Origin: Octopus bimaculoides
Lineage: Eukaryota
Direction: 5' to 3'
Assembly (NCBI RefSeq): GCF_001194135.2
Contig: NC_069004.1
Coordinates: forward strand, 14,033,583-14,097,582
Length of the DNA stretch: 64,000 nucleotides
Shown here: piece after piece, positions 36,363 through 48,776 of the stretch
How positions within the stretch are numbered: the first letter of the stretch is position 1
Layout of the letters: the number at the start of each line of letters is the position of its first letter
The notes under the pieces: generated by a model
What the model was told of the DNA's origin: nothing
The model's database searches: none
What the model saw: the letters and a program-made list of their open reading frames with translations, nothing else
Program-made: the position numbers and the translations under genes

Positions 36363-37530
36363 TTCTTTCTATTATAGTCACAAGGCCTGAAATTTGGGGG
36401 AAGGGGCTAGTTGATTACATTAACTCCAGTTGATTACATTAACTCCAGTTGATTACATTAACTCCAGTACTCAGAATGTAAAGACAGATGGAATGCCGCT
36501 AAGCATTTTGCCTGGTATGCTAACGACTGTGCCAGCTCGTTGCCTTAATAATAATAATTTCTATTTTACACACAAGGCCTGAAATTCTAGGGGAGGTGGG
36601 TAGTTAATTACTTTGATCTCAGTGCTCGACTGGTATGTATTTTATCTATCAATCGATCAATCGATAGAGAGATAGATATGCATATATACACATGTGTGTG
36701 AGAGAGAGAGAGAAAGAGAGAGATATGTAGAATCCAGTGTTTTAATACTGGAATACATTAAAAGATGTCTAAATGACTGAGATGAGTTGTTTGTTAAGAC
36801 TATAATCTTTCCAGACTATTAACTTTGTCATTAGAATCTATATTTACATTATTTATTGTAAATATTCATCAAAACTAAGATGAAAAGCAAAACTGACAAA
36901 GCTGCAATACCACAAGGCATTTTAATCTGCTGCTCTACTATTTATTACTGCAATCCAGTGTCCTGAAAACAAGATAACCTGATTAAAACGACCACCACTA
37001 CCATCATAATGATAACAATAAAAATAATAATAATGATAAAATAATAATAATGATAATAAAATAATAATAATCCTTTCTACTAAAGGAACAAAGCCTAAAA
37101 TTAGGTGGGAGAAGACTAGTCAATTATATTGACTTCACCGCTTTACTGGTACTTAATTTATTGATCCTGGAAAGATGAAAGGCCAAGTCAACCTTGGCAT
37201 AGTTTGAACTCAGAATGTAAAGATGGACGAAATGCCTCTAAGCATTTTGTCCGGTGTGCTAACAATTCTGCCAGCTTGCCACCAAAACAATAATAATAAT
37301 AATAATGATGATGATGATTTCAAATTTTGGCACAAGGTCAACAAGTTTGGGGTAGGGAGTAAGTTGATTACATCGATCTCAGTATTCAACTGGTACTTAT
37401 TTTATTGACCCTAAAAAGATGAAAGGCAAAGTTAGCCTTGGCAGAATTTAAACTCAGAATGTAAAACCAGAAGGAACACCACTAAGCATTTTGTCCAGTA
37501 TGCTAATGATTCTGTCAATATGCCACCTTA
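36363..37530 (-). mobile_element. Cluster of four SINE A copies
   Basis: Copies at about 36363, 36558, 37070 and 37318. The first contains a 19-bp triplication. Confidence 0.8.
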
Positions 37531-37837
37531 ACCACCATAACAATAACAACAACAATAATGATAACAACAATACAATTAAGGGTGTATTTTAATTTACTGT
37601 TTTGTGATGAATTCTCTCAATGAAATATTGTTGTCTCCTAACATACAAAAAGTCAACTTTATCTTTCATCCTTTTGGGATTACATGATTACATGGTGGGG
37701 GGTGCCATCTTAACCATTATGATATACTAACAACCATTACACTTGTTTGTCTTTTGGTTCTAAAATCAAAACAAAATATTTGTAAAATCCTGTATTTAGA
37801 TATCCTTTTTATGCTCTTAGTTCAAATCCTACTTTAA

Positions 37838-38358
37838 CGCTTTAGCATTCAGATTACTGTCCAATGTAAGGGTACGGGTAAAAGACCCCCTTTGGTCATG
37901 AATGACCATGAGATTGCACATAGAAAGTTACCATCTAAGGCACAACTCTGGGCAAAGTTGTTTATGGATGACCAGCAGTCACCCATGCATACCAGCCTCC
38001 CCTTTCCAAGCCACCGATGTTATCCAAGGGAAAGGCAAAGGTTGATACAGCTTGGCACTAGTGATGCTGCAACTCATTTCTACAGATGAGTGGACTGGAG
38101 CAACGTGAAATAAAGTGTCTTGCTCAAGAACACAACAAACAACCCAGTCTAGGAATCGAACTCACTACCTCATGACTGTGAGCCCAATGCTCTAACCACT
38201 GAGGAGCATTATCTCTTGGCTTCAAGATCTCAATGATATGATTCTTTATTTTTAGAATGAAATTGTAGTGTAAACATGAAAAGTTGGATCTGATCAGTTT
38301 TAAACATAAAGCAGGTAGAATATTTGGGCCTGATATGTCTGGTTTAAATGCAAAAGGA
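37838..38358 (+). mobile_element. piggyBac-type MITE split by a SINE E insertion
   Basis: Left part ttaa|cgctttagcattcagattactgtc, and right part 38204-38358, both align with 5171-5387. Confidence 0.65.
37871..38203 (-). mobile_element. tRNA-derived SINE family E nested in a piggyBac-type MITE
   Basis: Head ctcagtggttagagcattgggctcacagtcatgaggtagtgagttcgattcc. Shares the gttcttgagcaagacactttatttcacgttgctccagtccactca domain with copies at about 31370-31560, 39700-39850 and 50980-51210. Confidence 0.75.
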
Positions 38359-39160
38359 TGTCTTTTATCTGTTTGGGGTCGATAAAGTACCAGTTAGATA
38401 CTGCAGATGATGCAATTAACTATTACCCTCTGCCAACTCAATTCAAGGCTATGCACATATCTATCTAATGCACATGTCTAATGCATATCTAAGAAATCAA
38501 TATAAATGAGATATAGAGATATCAGTGTGATATAACGTGATAAAAATATGCATCAACAGATGATGGAAAACAGAACGAACAATATAAAGAGTATAACTTC
38601 AAGTAGCTTTCAATCTACTCTCTGTGCCCCACACTGAAGATCCATACTGATGATAAGATATAAATAAATAATCATTAATTAATACAATACAGAATACTAA
38701 AATTTAACTGGATTTGAACTTTCAGCATTGTGTTTTACATTGAACAATAAATAATTACTTTTACTCCAAAAGAGAGAAAAAAGGAGTAACTACTCTCCTA
38801 GAATGAAAACAATGAAAGAAAATGACTTGTCACATAAACAGTCCAAAAGTAATATAATGAAAATATAAATTCTTAATAGGATCGTCACCTTTGGCTGATG
38901 GCTGTTCTTGTGTTTCATTTAAAAAAAAAAAATTTCCTTTTAAATATTTATAAAAAAATGTGCTCTTAAGTCAGTTTGTTTCATACTGTTTATCTGAGTG
39001 ACAAAAATATTTCAATCCTAATGGTATCAATTAAATATCAGTTATGGGAACAACTACACCACCATTATGCAAATGTACAAATTTGGGGGGAAAAAAAGCT
39101 CATCTCTGCCATGTAAGTGTAAAATCTCTCTCTCTCTCTTTTCTTCTCTATGTATCTCTT

Positions 39161-39238
<78 letters not shown>

Positions 39239-39852
39239 GATAGATAGATAGATAAGATAGATATGTATATATAAAGGAGACCACTAGGTGGACTGTTAAT
39301 GTGCTAGAAGAAGATCACATGTAATGTATCTACTAAGACCGAATTGTTCTCACAGAAAAATTTAGCGGAGCAACAAAGCGTATACGGGCAAGACAAGTGA
39401 AAATTACATAAATACATACAAAGTTATCCGCAAACCAGTTTCAAAATTAATATTTCCTTACCGAAAATATCAGTTTCTCATCAGTACGGACTACCAAAGA
39501 AATATAATTCCCAGAATCATATACTAGTTGTTCCCCACGAATGAAGAACGTGCACATGGTTCTGTTAGATAAATGTATATCATGGTATGGATAAGACTAT
39601 CAGGTATTGTCATACACTATTTGTCGCAATGTAATTTGTATTGTTTTAAGTTTCAAATGGTGGCAACCTGCTGGGTCAGTGCTCTGGCTAACAGTTCCCC
39701 TGAAAGGTATGCCAGTGAGTCACAGGGTTACCATTTACAACTGAGTGGCCGGGAGCAATGTGAAATGAAGTGTTTTGTTCAAGAACACAATGCACTGCTG
39801 GCCTGGGAATTGAAACCAGGATCTCATTATCATGGGTGAAACATCCTGATCA

Positions 39853-39907
<55 letters not shown>

Positions 39908-42435
39908 TGTATTATTTAAAACAGTTTGATTTGGTTCCATATGACTTAGAGTTTCATAAGCTTCTTACAGAAATCTAGCTATTTCGGATAACTAAAAGGA
40001 GAAATACAAACACACACAAATAAATGTTGTTTAGAAAGTGATGCGATACACAAAATTTTTGTTGCACAAATGCAACCAGAGCACTGACACAGCTCATTGA
40101 CCAAGGTCCCAATTACACAATGAAATTTCTAACAGCCAAGAAATAAAGGAAAAATAAATTTAATAGTTTTTGTGTGTTTTCAGTTAGCTAAAATGTCCCT
40201 TCCATTTAAGGAATTGCTGATATTTAGTCACAAAGTATTACAGACATGGTTGTGTGGTAAGAAGCTTGCTTCCCATTTTTTTACATTCGTATATATCATT
40301 TCTCATCTCATTAATGTGCTTGTCTAGCTCGCATTGCTTCTGTGTACTGCCCATGTGACAAATTTAATGAAATAAAGAAGCTTGCTTCTGATCCACATGG
40401 TTTCAAGTTCAGTCCCACTGTAAGGTGCCTTGGGCAAGTGTCTTGTACTATAGCCTCAGGCCGATCAATGCCTTGTGATTGGATTTGGTAGATAGAAACT
40501 GAAAGAAGCCTGTTGTATAGATACGTGTGTGTGTGTGTTTGTCCTTCACCACCACTTGACAACCAGTGCTGGTGTGGTTATAGCCCAGTAACTTAGTGGT
40601 TTGGCAAAGGAGACTGATAGAATAAGTACCAGGCTTTAAAAAAAAGGCTTGGGGTCAATTTGTTTCAGTAAAACCTTTTCAGGTGGTGCCCTAGCATGGC
40701 TGCAGTCAAATGACTGAAACAAGTAAAAGATAAAAGAAACTAAAATTTTTAATGCTGTATTTCTCAGAAGATATTTGTCAATACTAGATTGCACCAATAA
40801 TATTTTGCATGAACATTTGCATTTGAAGAAATAAACAGATGGCAAAAAATATAGATCAGTTAATTAACTCTTAACTTCTTGTACAACACAGTACTGCATG
40901 GAACTGCATTGATCAACCAGTCCTGAAATGCATGATATCACAGGAATCATACTAAACTTGTTTACATTCATTTCAAAGGAAGTGAAAACCTTTCAGATAC
41001 AAGGGAGAAACCTCTAACCCCTTCATCTATCACTCATCTCTGTTCTGAAATGGAATCATTACAGGATTAAGCTGTGCTTTTGACCTAGAAAATTTTCAAT
41101 AGGATGTTAAGAGTTAATTATTCAACAGATATTTTTCACTGATTATTGATTGATTTCCAGCCAATCAAATCAATTTCCTTTAAGCCTATTTTAAATGTTT
41201 ATATCACTAGATCCATATTTTATAATTAGCAAAATTTTTCAAAAATACCACATACAAAATTCACCATTAAAAGAAACATTTCATTACTTGGTGTCCATGG
41301 AATACATTGAAAAAAATATCGATTTTAATATTTTGATAAAATAGTCCATAATAATGTGTGGAAGTGATTGTTTAAACAAAGAGAAAGCTCACATTATAGA
41401 AACTTTTGATCATTAAATTTAAATGTTTGCTATGTGTTTACTGATAAATGATCCACGAATAATATATGTTCAGTGAATCCAATAGAATAGCAAATATTGA
41501 GGAAAAGATACATATAAAAAAAACCCCAGCGTTTATTGCCAAACACCACAGATATGCTAAGAAATGGCTGATATCTTTATTACACAGAATTAAGAAAATA
41601 TTATGAAATAGGTGATAAAAATACACACACACACAAACATATATGTATATATACATGAACACATGCATGGAACAATAACAAGAAACCCACTGCTATGTCT
41701 TGTCACTTGGCTTGGCAGTTGTTCTTTTTTTCTCTATCAAACTGGTGCTTATATAATGCTCATATCTTTTATACTGAACTCTTAAACTTTAGCTTATAGT
41801 TTATATTCAGAAAGTCTAGTTTTGCATATCTCTTCACTATTTCTTTGATAAAGCTACTAAAATGTTAAAATTAAAATGTTCTGACACTAATTTTCTGAAA
41901 TTTGAAAATGTACAACTATGAGTTCATTTACATTTATAATGTCTCAAATATAAACTTTATCTTTAGAAAAAAAAAAAAATAATAATAATAAAAGGCTAAT
42001 ATCTAAATCTACACTAAGAGCAGTAGACTGACTAAATCGTCAGAGCCACAAACAAAACACTTTGCAATTTTCAATCTGGGTTTAAATCCCACCGAGGTCG
42101 ACCTTGTCTTTCATCCTTTTGAGGGTCAATAAATTAAGCCTTAGAATAGCTTCTACTCCACTTGACTCCTGCAAGGAATGTCTTCCTTTGGCTTTATTAA
42201 AGATATGAGGTCTGCTACCTAATTAAACAACCAGTATTTCGTATATGGTATAATATATATGATTATATCATAATCTGTAATATGGTTAACTGTTGAGTGA
42301 TAAAAAATGTCAATTTAAAAAGTTGGTAAAACAGCATTAAAGAATCTATAAAAATGCTCAATTTTTCTTTAAAAAATATTAACACAGATGACTGGAGAAA
42401 AGAAGGCAATTCCAGAGGAATTTTTTTATACTTAC

Positions 42436-42570
42436 AATTCAATTGCTTTGTTCCAATTAATTACATAACCAGACAAAGAAAACGTTTCTATGTTCACTAT
42501 GTGTACATTCCCACGTTCAGTTCCGATGTAAAACCACTTACTTTGGAAAGGCAAATGGCAATATGTAATA
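42436..42570 (-). CDS. STXBP5: Tomosyn / syntaxin-binding protein 5 internal coding exon (N-terminal WD40 region), 135 nt, phase 2-2
   Basis: Translates as ITYCHLPFQSKWFYIGTERGNVHIVNIETFSLSGYVINWNKAIE(L), nearly identical to the vertebrate tomosyn segment I recall (VTFCHLPFQSKWLYVGTERGNIHIVNVESFTLSGYVIMWNKAIEL). Strong acceptor ttcttatttctttgcttctttcag and donor TT|gtaagt. Confidence 0.96.
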
Positions 42571-43091
42571 CTGAAAGAAGCAAAGAAATAAGAAAAGGAA
42601 TTGCAATTATCAATAATCACTCATAGATAATACATCAAATTTAATATTTTTAAAAAATCAGTCAAAATTGTTGGGTGGCATTATATTTGAGTGTAAAAAT
42701 AAAAACAGATTAAATACAACAGCGAATGTGTAGAAATGAATATATTAAAGGTTGTAGCCCTGAGACATCTAACTGCTAATAGATATATTTCAATGCCCAT
42801 GGCTTTTAAACACACTATGTATTGTGAATGTATCCAACAGCAATTGTTGATTCAGTTAGCATGCTGTTGGTATGAAGTTATACACTCAATTGTCTTAAAA
42901 ATATTATTTAATTTATTTTTAAGTAACTAAGCAAAAGAAGGAACTATGCCAGTTTAATGTTTTAAGTGCTTTTAAAATTGGCAGTGATTCTATGCTGGAT
43001 TCTTAAAAAAATATACATAATTATGGCTGTACTCCAGGCGATTTTTAGCTAAAAAAACCTGGGAATTGCGGTATGTTCAAGAGCATAGTAT

Positions 43092-43310
43092 AATCCTTTC
43101 TACTATAAGCACAAGGCCTAAAATTTGTGGGAGGGGGATAATCGATTACATCGACCCCAGTGCGTAGCTGGTACTTAATTTATCGACCTCAAAAGGATGA
43201 GAGGCAAAGCTGACCTCAGCGGAATTTGAACTCAGAATGTAGGAATAGGCGAAATACTGCTAAGCATTTCGTCCAGTGTGCTAACGATTCTGCCAGCTCG
43301 CTGCCCTAAG
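43092..43310 (-). mobile_element. Well-preserved SINE A copy
   Basis: Full family A sequence with many CpGs retained. Confidence 0.85.
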
Positions 43311-44135
43311 ATCATAGTATAATCACATAAAAATGGCAGTTATTTTTGAATGACTACTAAGTATGTTTAGAAATGAAAAAGTTAGGAGATAAGGGGCACT
43401 ATTCATGACTTTTATATATCTCAGTCTCAGGTCGGTGTGAGTGCAGAAAAAAAAATACAGTAGTTAGGGTGGAAACTGGGAACCCTGTTTTCAAAACACT
43501 TATAATAAAGTGAACTCTGCTTAAGTAACTCAAGCACAAAGTATTAATGGTATTACGGTGCCAACAGTATAGCGATTGTTGTACAGGGTAGGGAAAGAAA
43601 TTGGAATAAAAAAAACATTTATGTTAGAACAAGGCTGAGGCTCAAAAAATACAAATATATTCATTTGCTAAAGGACAAGGTTTAATTTGTTATTGAGAGA
43701 GAAGAGAAGAGCAAGAATTAACATACTTAGAAAATTAGATGTATAATAATAGACTATAATAGAGAATAATGATAAATATACCCTAATGCACACACGCTTG
43801 TATGCATGCATGCACACATATGTGTGCACCACACCCCCTGTTCTCTACCGTTTTTAATTATTTGAATTCTTCCTCTGAAAAAGGAGCCAGTTTTTAACAA
43901 AATACAAAGACCATTGCTGGTATTCTTTTATTCTTTTACTTGTTTTAGTCATTTGACTGCGGCCATGCTGGAGCATTGTCTTTAGCCAAACAAATCGACC
44001 CCAGGACTTATTCTTTGTAGGCCCAGTACTTATTCTAGCAGTCTCTCTTGCCAAACTGCAAAGTTTCGAGGATGCAAACACATCAACATTGGTTGTCAAG
44101 CGATGGTGGGAGGACAAACACAGACAAAAATACAT

Positions 44136-44168
<33 letters not shown>

Positions 44169-44520
44169 CGATGGGCTTCTTCCAGTTTCCATCTATCAAA
44201 TCCACTCACAAGGCTTTGGTTGGCCTGAGGCTATAGTAGAAGACATTACGCCTACACCTATTTATAAAATCTATCCTCAACTTAATTTTACCCAGTAAAA
44301 CACCAAAATAACGCTTTTCGTGATATTGTTATTAAATTATTTGAAAACAGTAAAATTCCAACCCCTTTAGTTCAGGCATGTCATTGTTTATCTCACCAAG
44401 TGAAAAAAAGCCTGCAATCAAAAGTGTTTTAGCTGTGAAATACCCATATCGCTTTTGAAGACAGAGAGTTATTTGGAGACATTTAGCAGCTATTTCTAGC
44501 AGGTCTGTCAACCACATCAG

Positions 44521-44554
44521 CTCACTGACGAGTGTTTGTAATAAAATATATGAG
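44521..44554 (+). ncRNA. Degenerate minimal hammerhead-like motif
   Basis: CUCA|CUGACGA|GU-guuugua-AU|AAAAU|AUA|UGAG. G12A and C11.1U are consistent with CpG decay. Confidence 0.45.
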
Positions 44555-45096
44555 TGGAAACCAGAATGCATTATGTAATTATACTATTCAGTTCTGTCAT
44601 GTCCGTTCTGAGTTCATAACCTACAGGTGTTCACATTACCTTACGTCTTTCTAATATTGATAAAATGAGGTGGAATGGTTAATGCAATTGGCTATAATGC
44701 TGACCTTCAGCAAGTGACCTTTATCCATAATATATATTATGGCAGCAGTGAGCAATGGCATAGGAAAGAACAGGCTTAATGGAATGCAAATTATGAGCTG
44801 ACACCAATCCTTGAAGGAATTAAATTTCACTTATTCGTGTAGCTGATGTCCTTGACAAACTTAAATATCATATTCTTTTACTTGTTTCAGTCACTTGAGT
44901 ATGGCCATGCTGGAGCACTACCTTGAAGGATTTTAGTCAAACAAATTGATCCCAGGACTTATTTTTTAAGCTAAGCACTTATCCTGTTGGTCTCTTTTGC
45001 CAAACTGCTAAGTTACAGGGACATAAACACACCAACACCAGTGTTCAAGTGATGACGATGGGATAAACACAAATACAAAGACATACACATATAAAT

Positions 45097-45127
<31 letters not shown>

Positions 45128-45555
45128 CATANNNNNNNNNNNNNNNNNNNNNNNNNNNNNNNNNNNNNNNNNNNNNNNNNNNNNNNNNNNNNNNNNNNNN
45201 NNNNNNNNNNNNNNNNNNNNNNNNNNNNNNNNNNNNNNNNNNNNNNNNNNNNNNNNNNNNNNNNNNNNNNNNNNNNNNNNNNNNNNNNNNNNNNNNNNNN
45301 NNNNNNNNNNNNNNNNNNNNNNNNNNNNNNNNNNNNNNNNNNNNNNNNNNNNNNNNNNNNNNNNNNNNNNNNNNNGTTATAATTGCATACTTTATTCCTA
45401 CATATGTTTCAAAGGATTACAACCTATGTGATCCATAGGGATCTGTGGTGTTAAAATTGTAACCTTCTCTTCAGGGAATGCATGGGAATCATCTTAAATG
45501 TAAGACATTATGACCGAGTATGAAACCAATAGATGGATAAGGTTATGACGTGATT

Positions 45556-45815
45556 CATTTGAAAAAAACCGTTAGAGAATTGGACGCTGCCGGATAGTGG
45601 GTTGGACAACACATACATATATATATAAGTTCAAAAAAAGGAAAAAGACAAAAAACAACGTGAGGACGTGATACAGATTGTGTTACTAGACACTCGGGAA
45701 AGGAAAGAGAGAGAGTATGATGTTTCGAGCGGAGCTCTTCATCGGAAACAAGGAAAGTCCAAAGAAGGGAAAAGCGGAGGAAGAAAAAAAAAAAAATCCC
45801 CACCGATGTCCACGA
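45556..45815 (-). mobile_element. Related hammerhead-bearing short repeat, nested within a SINE B
   Basis: Same gagc-loop-gctc-gaaac module, followed by tttcccgagtgt. Relatively CpG-rich. Confidence 0.55.
45715..45749 (-). ncRNA. Degenerate minimal hammerhead-like motif
   Basis: GUUU|CCGAUGA|A|GAGC-ucc-GCUC|GAAAC|AUC|AUAC. U4C and G16.2A relative to consensus. Confidence 0.6.
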
Positions 45816-46002
45816 GGTTACATTGTGGCAGGTTTCTTTCAGTGTCCATCTACCAAAATCCACTCACAAGGCTTTGGCCAGCCCAAGGCTACAGTAGAAG
45901 ACACTTGCCCAAGGTGCCATGCAATGGGAATGAACCCAGAATCATGTGGTTGGGAAGCAAGCTTCTTACCACACAACCACACCAGCTGATAATGATTCTT
46001 CT

Positions 46003-46279
46003 TGTTGTGGCGAGAGTATGACACCCTCTGATGAGAATAGATGGGATCACTACATAAAAATAGTAGCAGTCTGATGTAATCAACAGTTCATAGTTTAGTC
46101 TTTGAAGTCCAGGTACAGTTTACAGTTAGTGTGTTAGAAATATTGATTGTTGGTTCGTTGCGTGCTTGTTACTGCTACTGTTTTCATTTTGTATTGTTAT
46201 AACACTGTTACAGTGTGTTCTTTATCTATCATCGGCAATATCAACCATACTACGATATTGGAGGCTTAAGGATATAACA
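46003..46279 (+). repeat. 5' LTR (277 bp)
   Basis: Starts tgttgtggcgagagtatgacaccctctg, ends ggcttaaggatataaca. Aligns with 48488-48776. Confidence 0.9.
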
Positions 46280-46281
46280 TC

Positions 46282-46293
46282 TAGCGACGAGGA
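46282..46293 (+). promoter_or_regulatory. Primer-binding site complementary to the tRNA-Ser(GCU) 3' end
   Basis: tagcgacgagga, 2 nt after the 5' LTR, is one substitution from TGGCGACGAGGA, the complement of ...UCCUCGUCGCCA. Confidence 0.75.
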
Positions 46294-48487
46294 CTTTTCA
46301 AAACTGATGTAGGTTATTTGACAATTAGTGCGTCATGCAAATTGTTAAATTATGGAGATCTTATTAGCTGCAGTAATACAGCTTCAAGAGAAGTAGCAGG
46401 AACAACTACAGGAGTTGTAGAAGCAACTATTACAACAACAACAACAACAGTTAACTGAGTCAAGGAAGTCTGAAAATTTGGTAAGTTCATTTATGCCAGA
46501 TGGCGTGGCAAACTTGATTTCTGAACTCACTTATAATCCAGAGGAGGGTATTATGTTTCCTGTGTACTATACAAGGTATGAGGAAATTTTTAACAAAGAT
46601 TGTAAGTCATGCTCAGATGATAAAATTTGTAGATGGCCTGACCGATCGAGAGCAGATGCAATAAAGAATATCCTTGGTCTGACAAATATACCAACATTAC
46701 AAGCGATTCTTGGGCAGGCAAACTACTACCAAAACTACATTCCTAACATGCACAGATTAAGAGCTCTATTGAATGACTTATTGACAAAAAGGAAGTAAAG
46801 TGGAATTGGTCAATTAAATGCCAAAACGTGTTAGAAGAAATAAAAAAATTCTAATCACAGATTTGTCTCTAGCAAATTTCAATCCTGAAATGGACATTGC
46901 TGTAGTGTCTGATGCTTCAGTGATTCATGTTTCATGCTCACTGATAGCAGCAGAGAAAAAATACAGTTAGATAGAAAAAGAAACCCTATCAATTATTTTT
47001 GCAGTGAAAAAATTGTACAAGTTTCTGTTACAGACAGATCACCAACCATTGCTATCAATTTATTGGTCAAAGAAAGGGTTACCTACCAATACAGCAAACT
47101 GACTACAACATTGGGGTATAATATTACTGAATTACAATTTCAAAATGCAGTATATTCCATCCAAAAAAAATTGGTCATGCTGACTGTCTATTAAGATTAA
47201 TTCCCAAAAATACGGAACCACTAGAAGATACCGTGACAGCCACACTGAAGGCAGAAAGTGAAATAAAAAGTATTATGACTAATGTTATCCAAGAACTGCC
47301 AGTGACTCACAGGATATAAGAATGAAATCTGTAGGCGATGAGTATATTACAAAAATGAAAGAAGCTTTAAAAGATAAGCAGAATAAAATACAAATATGTG
47401 AAGATATTATGATGCATGAGCAAAGAGTTGTAGTACCAACTACATTACAAAAATGTGTATTGCAGCAATTCCACAGCGGACACCTGGGAATGTCGAGGAT
47501 GAAAGTTCTAATGAGGAGCTATGTCTCTTGGCCGATTATGGACTGGGATATAAAAAATTTGGTGAGAACCCCACAAGTAAAATATGAATCATGGCTGGAG
47601 ACTGAGAACCCATGGTCTAGGTTACTATGCCAGACCAGTGAATGGCACTTTCTACCTAATCATGGTAGATAGCTGTACAAAGTGGCCAGAGGTATGCAGG
47701 TGCAATAAACCAACCACTAAGATAACTATAAAGTTCCTATATAAATTGTTTGTGCAATATGTTGTTCCAGACATGTTAGTTTCTGATTATGGAATGCAAT
47801 TCTTGGGGTATGAATTTAAGAACTTCTGTAAAATGCATGTGATAAAGCATATTTTCACTCCACCCTACCACCTGAGGTCAAATGGGGAGGTAGAAAGATT
47901 CATGGACGTTCAAAGGAGTTTTAAGAAAAGCTAGGAACGAATTAAGTAACGACGAAGCACTAACAAAATTCTTAAGGGTATATAGAGTAACCCCCCAATC
48001 CAAGTACAAATTCAAGAAAAATCACCCACAGCATTGATGTTTGTAAGAAGAATAAAATCGATTTTTGATAAGTTATTGCCAAAGAAAAAAATGATGTAAA
48101 GGAAATATGAAAGATGCAATGAAATATTTTGAAGTAGGAAATAAAGTACATTTTAAAACCTACAAAAATGGTAAAGAATGCTGAGGGGATGGCCTTGTAA
48201 CCAAAAAAATAGGAAGTATGATGTATCTAATTAAAGGATCATGCTGAGAACATGAGACACCTAAATCTGCTAAAGGGGAGACCTACCGAAGAATGGAGAG
48301 AAATTCCTATGGAAGTATTTTTTGAGGCATTCAATGTCCCAGCACCAAAAGTAATGGAGTCCCGTAGAACCAGCATGAGAAAATGGAAGCAGACCGAACA
48401 CCTTGAGATAAGGCCTAAGCAAAAAAGATACTAAAAAATAATAAAATTTCTTTATTCCTTCAGAACTCGAAATCTCGAAAGGGGAGA

Positions 48488-48776
48488 TGTTGTGGCAAGA
48501 GTATGACACCCTCTGACAAGAATAGATGGGGCCACTTCATATAAATAGTAATGGTCTGACATATCTGACATAGTTGGCAGTTTGTAATTTGGTCTTCAGA
48601 GTCCAGGTACAGTTTACAGTTCGAGTTAGTGTGTTGGAAATATTTGTTGGTTTGTTGCATGTTTATTACTGCTGCTGTTTCTATTTTGTATTGTTGTAAC
48701 ACTGTTGCAGTGTATTCTTTATCTATCATCAACAATATCAACCGTATTATGATACAGGAGGCTTAAAGATAGAACA
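48488..48776 (+). repeat. 3' LTR (289 bp)
   Basis: Starts tgttgtggcaagagtatgacaccctctg, ends ggcttaaagatagaaca. Preceded by the polypurine tract gaaaggggaga. Roughly 80-85% identical to the 5' LTR by eye. Confidence 0.9.

Larger units (their letters stand above)
21474..42435 (-). other. STXBP5: Tomosyn intron, 20,962 nt (GT-AG)
   Basis: Lies between two exons that join in frame and are consecutive in the known protein. Confidence 0.88.
46003..48776 (+). mobile_element. Internally deleted, non-autonomous Ty3/Gypsy LTR retrotransposon (Mag / K02A2.6-like pol)
   Basis: Two related TG...CA LTRs, a PBS and a PPT. Internal pieces: gag N-terminus (ELTYNPEEGIMFPVYYTRYEEIF), RT thumb (ILGQANYYQNYIPNMHRLRALLNDLL), RNase H (SDAS; AAEKKYS*IEKETLSIIFAVKK; LQTDHQPLL), integrase HH finger (FHSGHLGMSRMK...SYVSWP) and core (LIMVDSCTKWPEV; LVSDYG; SNGEVERF). 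Order RT-RH-IN is diagnostic of Gypsy. Many stops and frameshifts. Confidence 0.93.

Noticed and set aside
39455-39492. CUGAUGA followed by a GAAA/UUUC stem on the minus strand
   Set aside because: No GAAA after the stem and no cleavage triplet.
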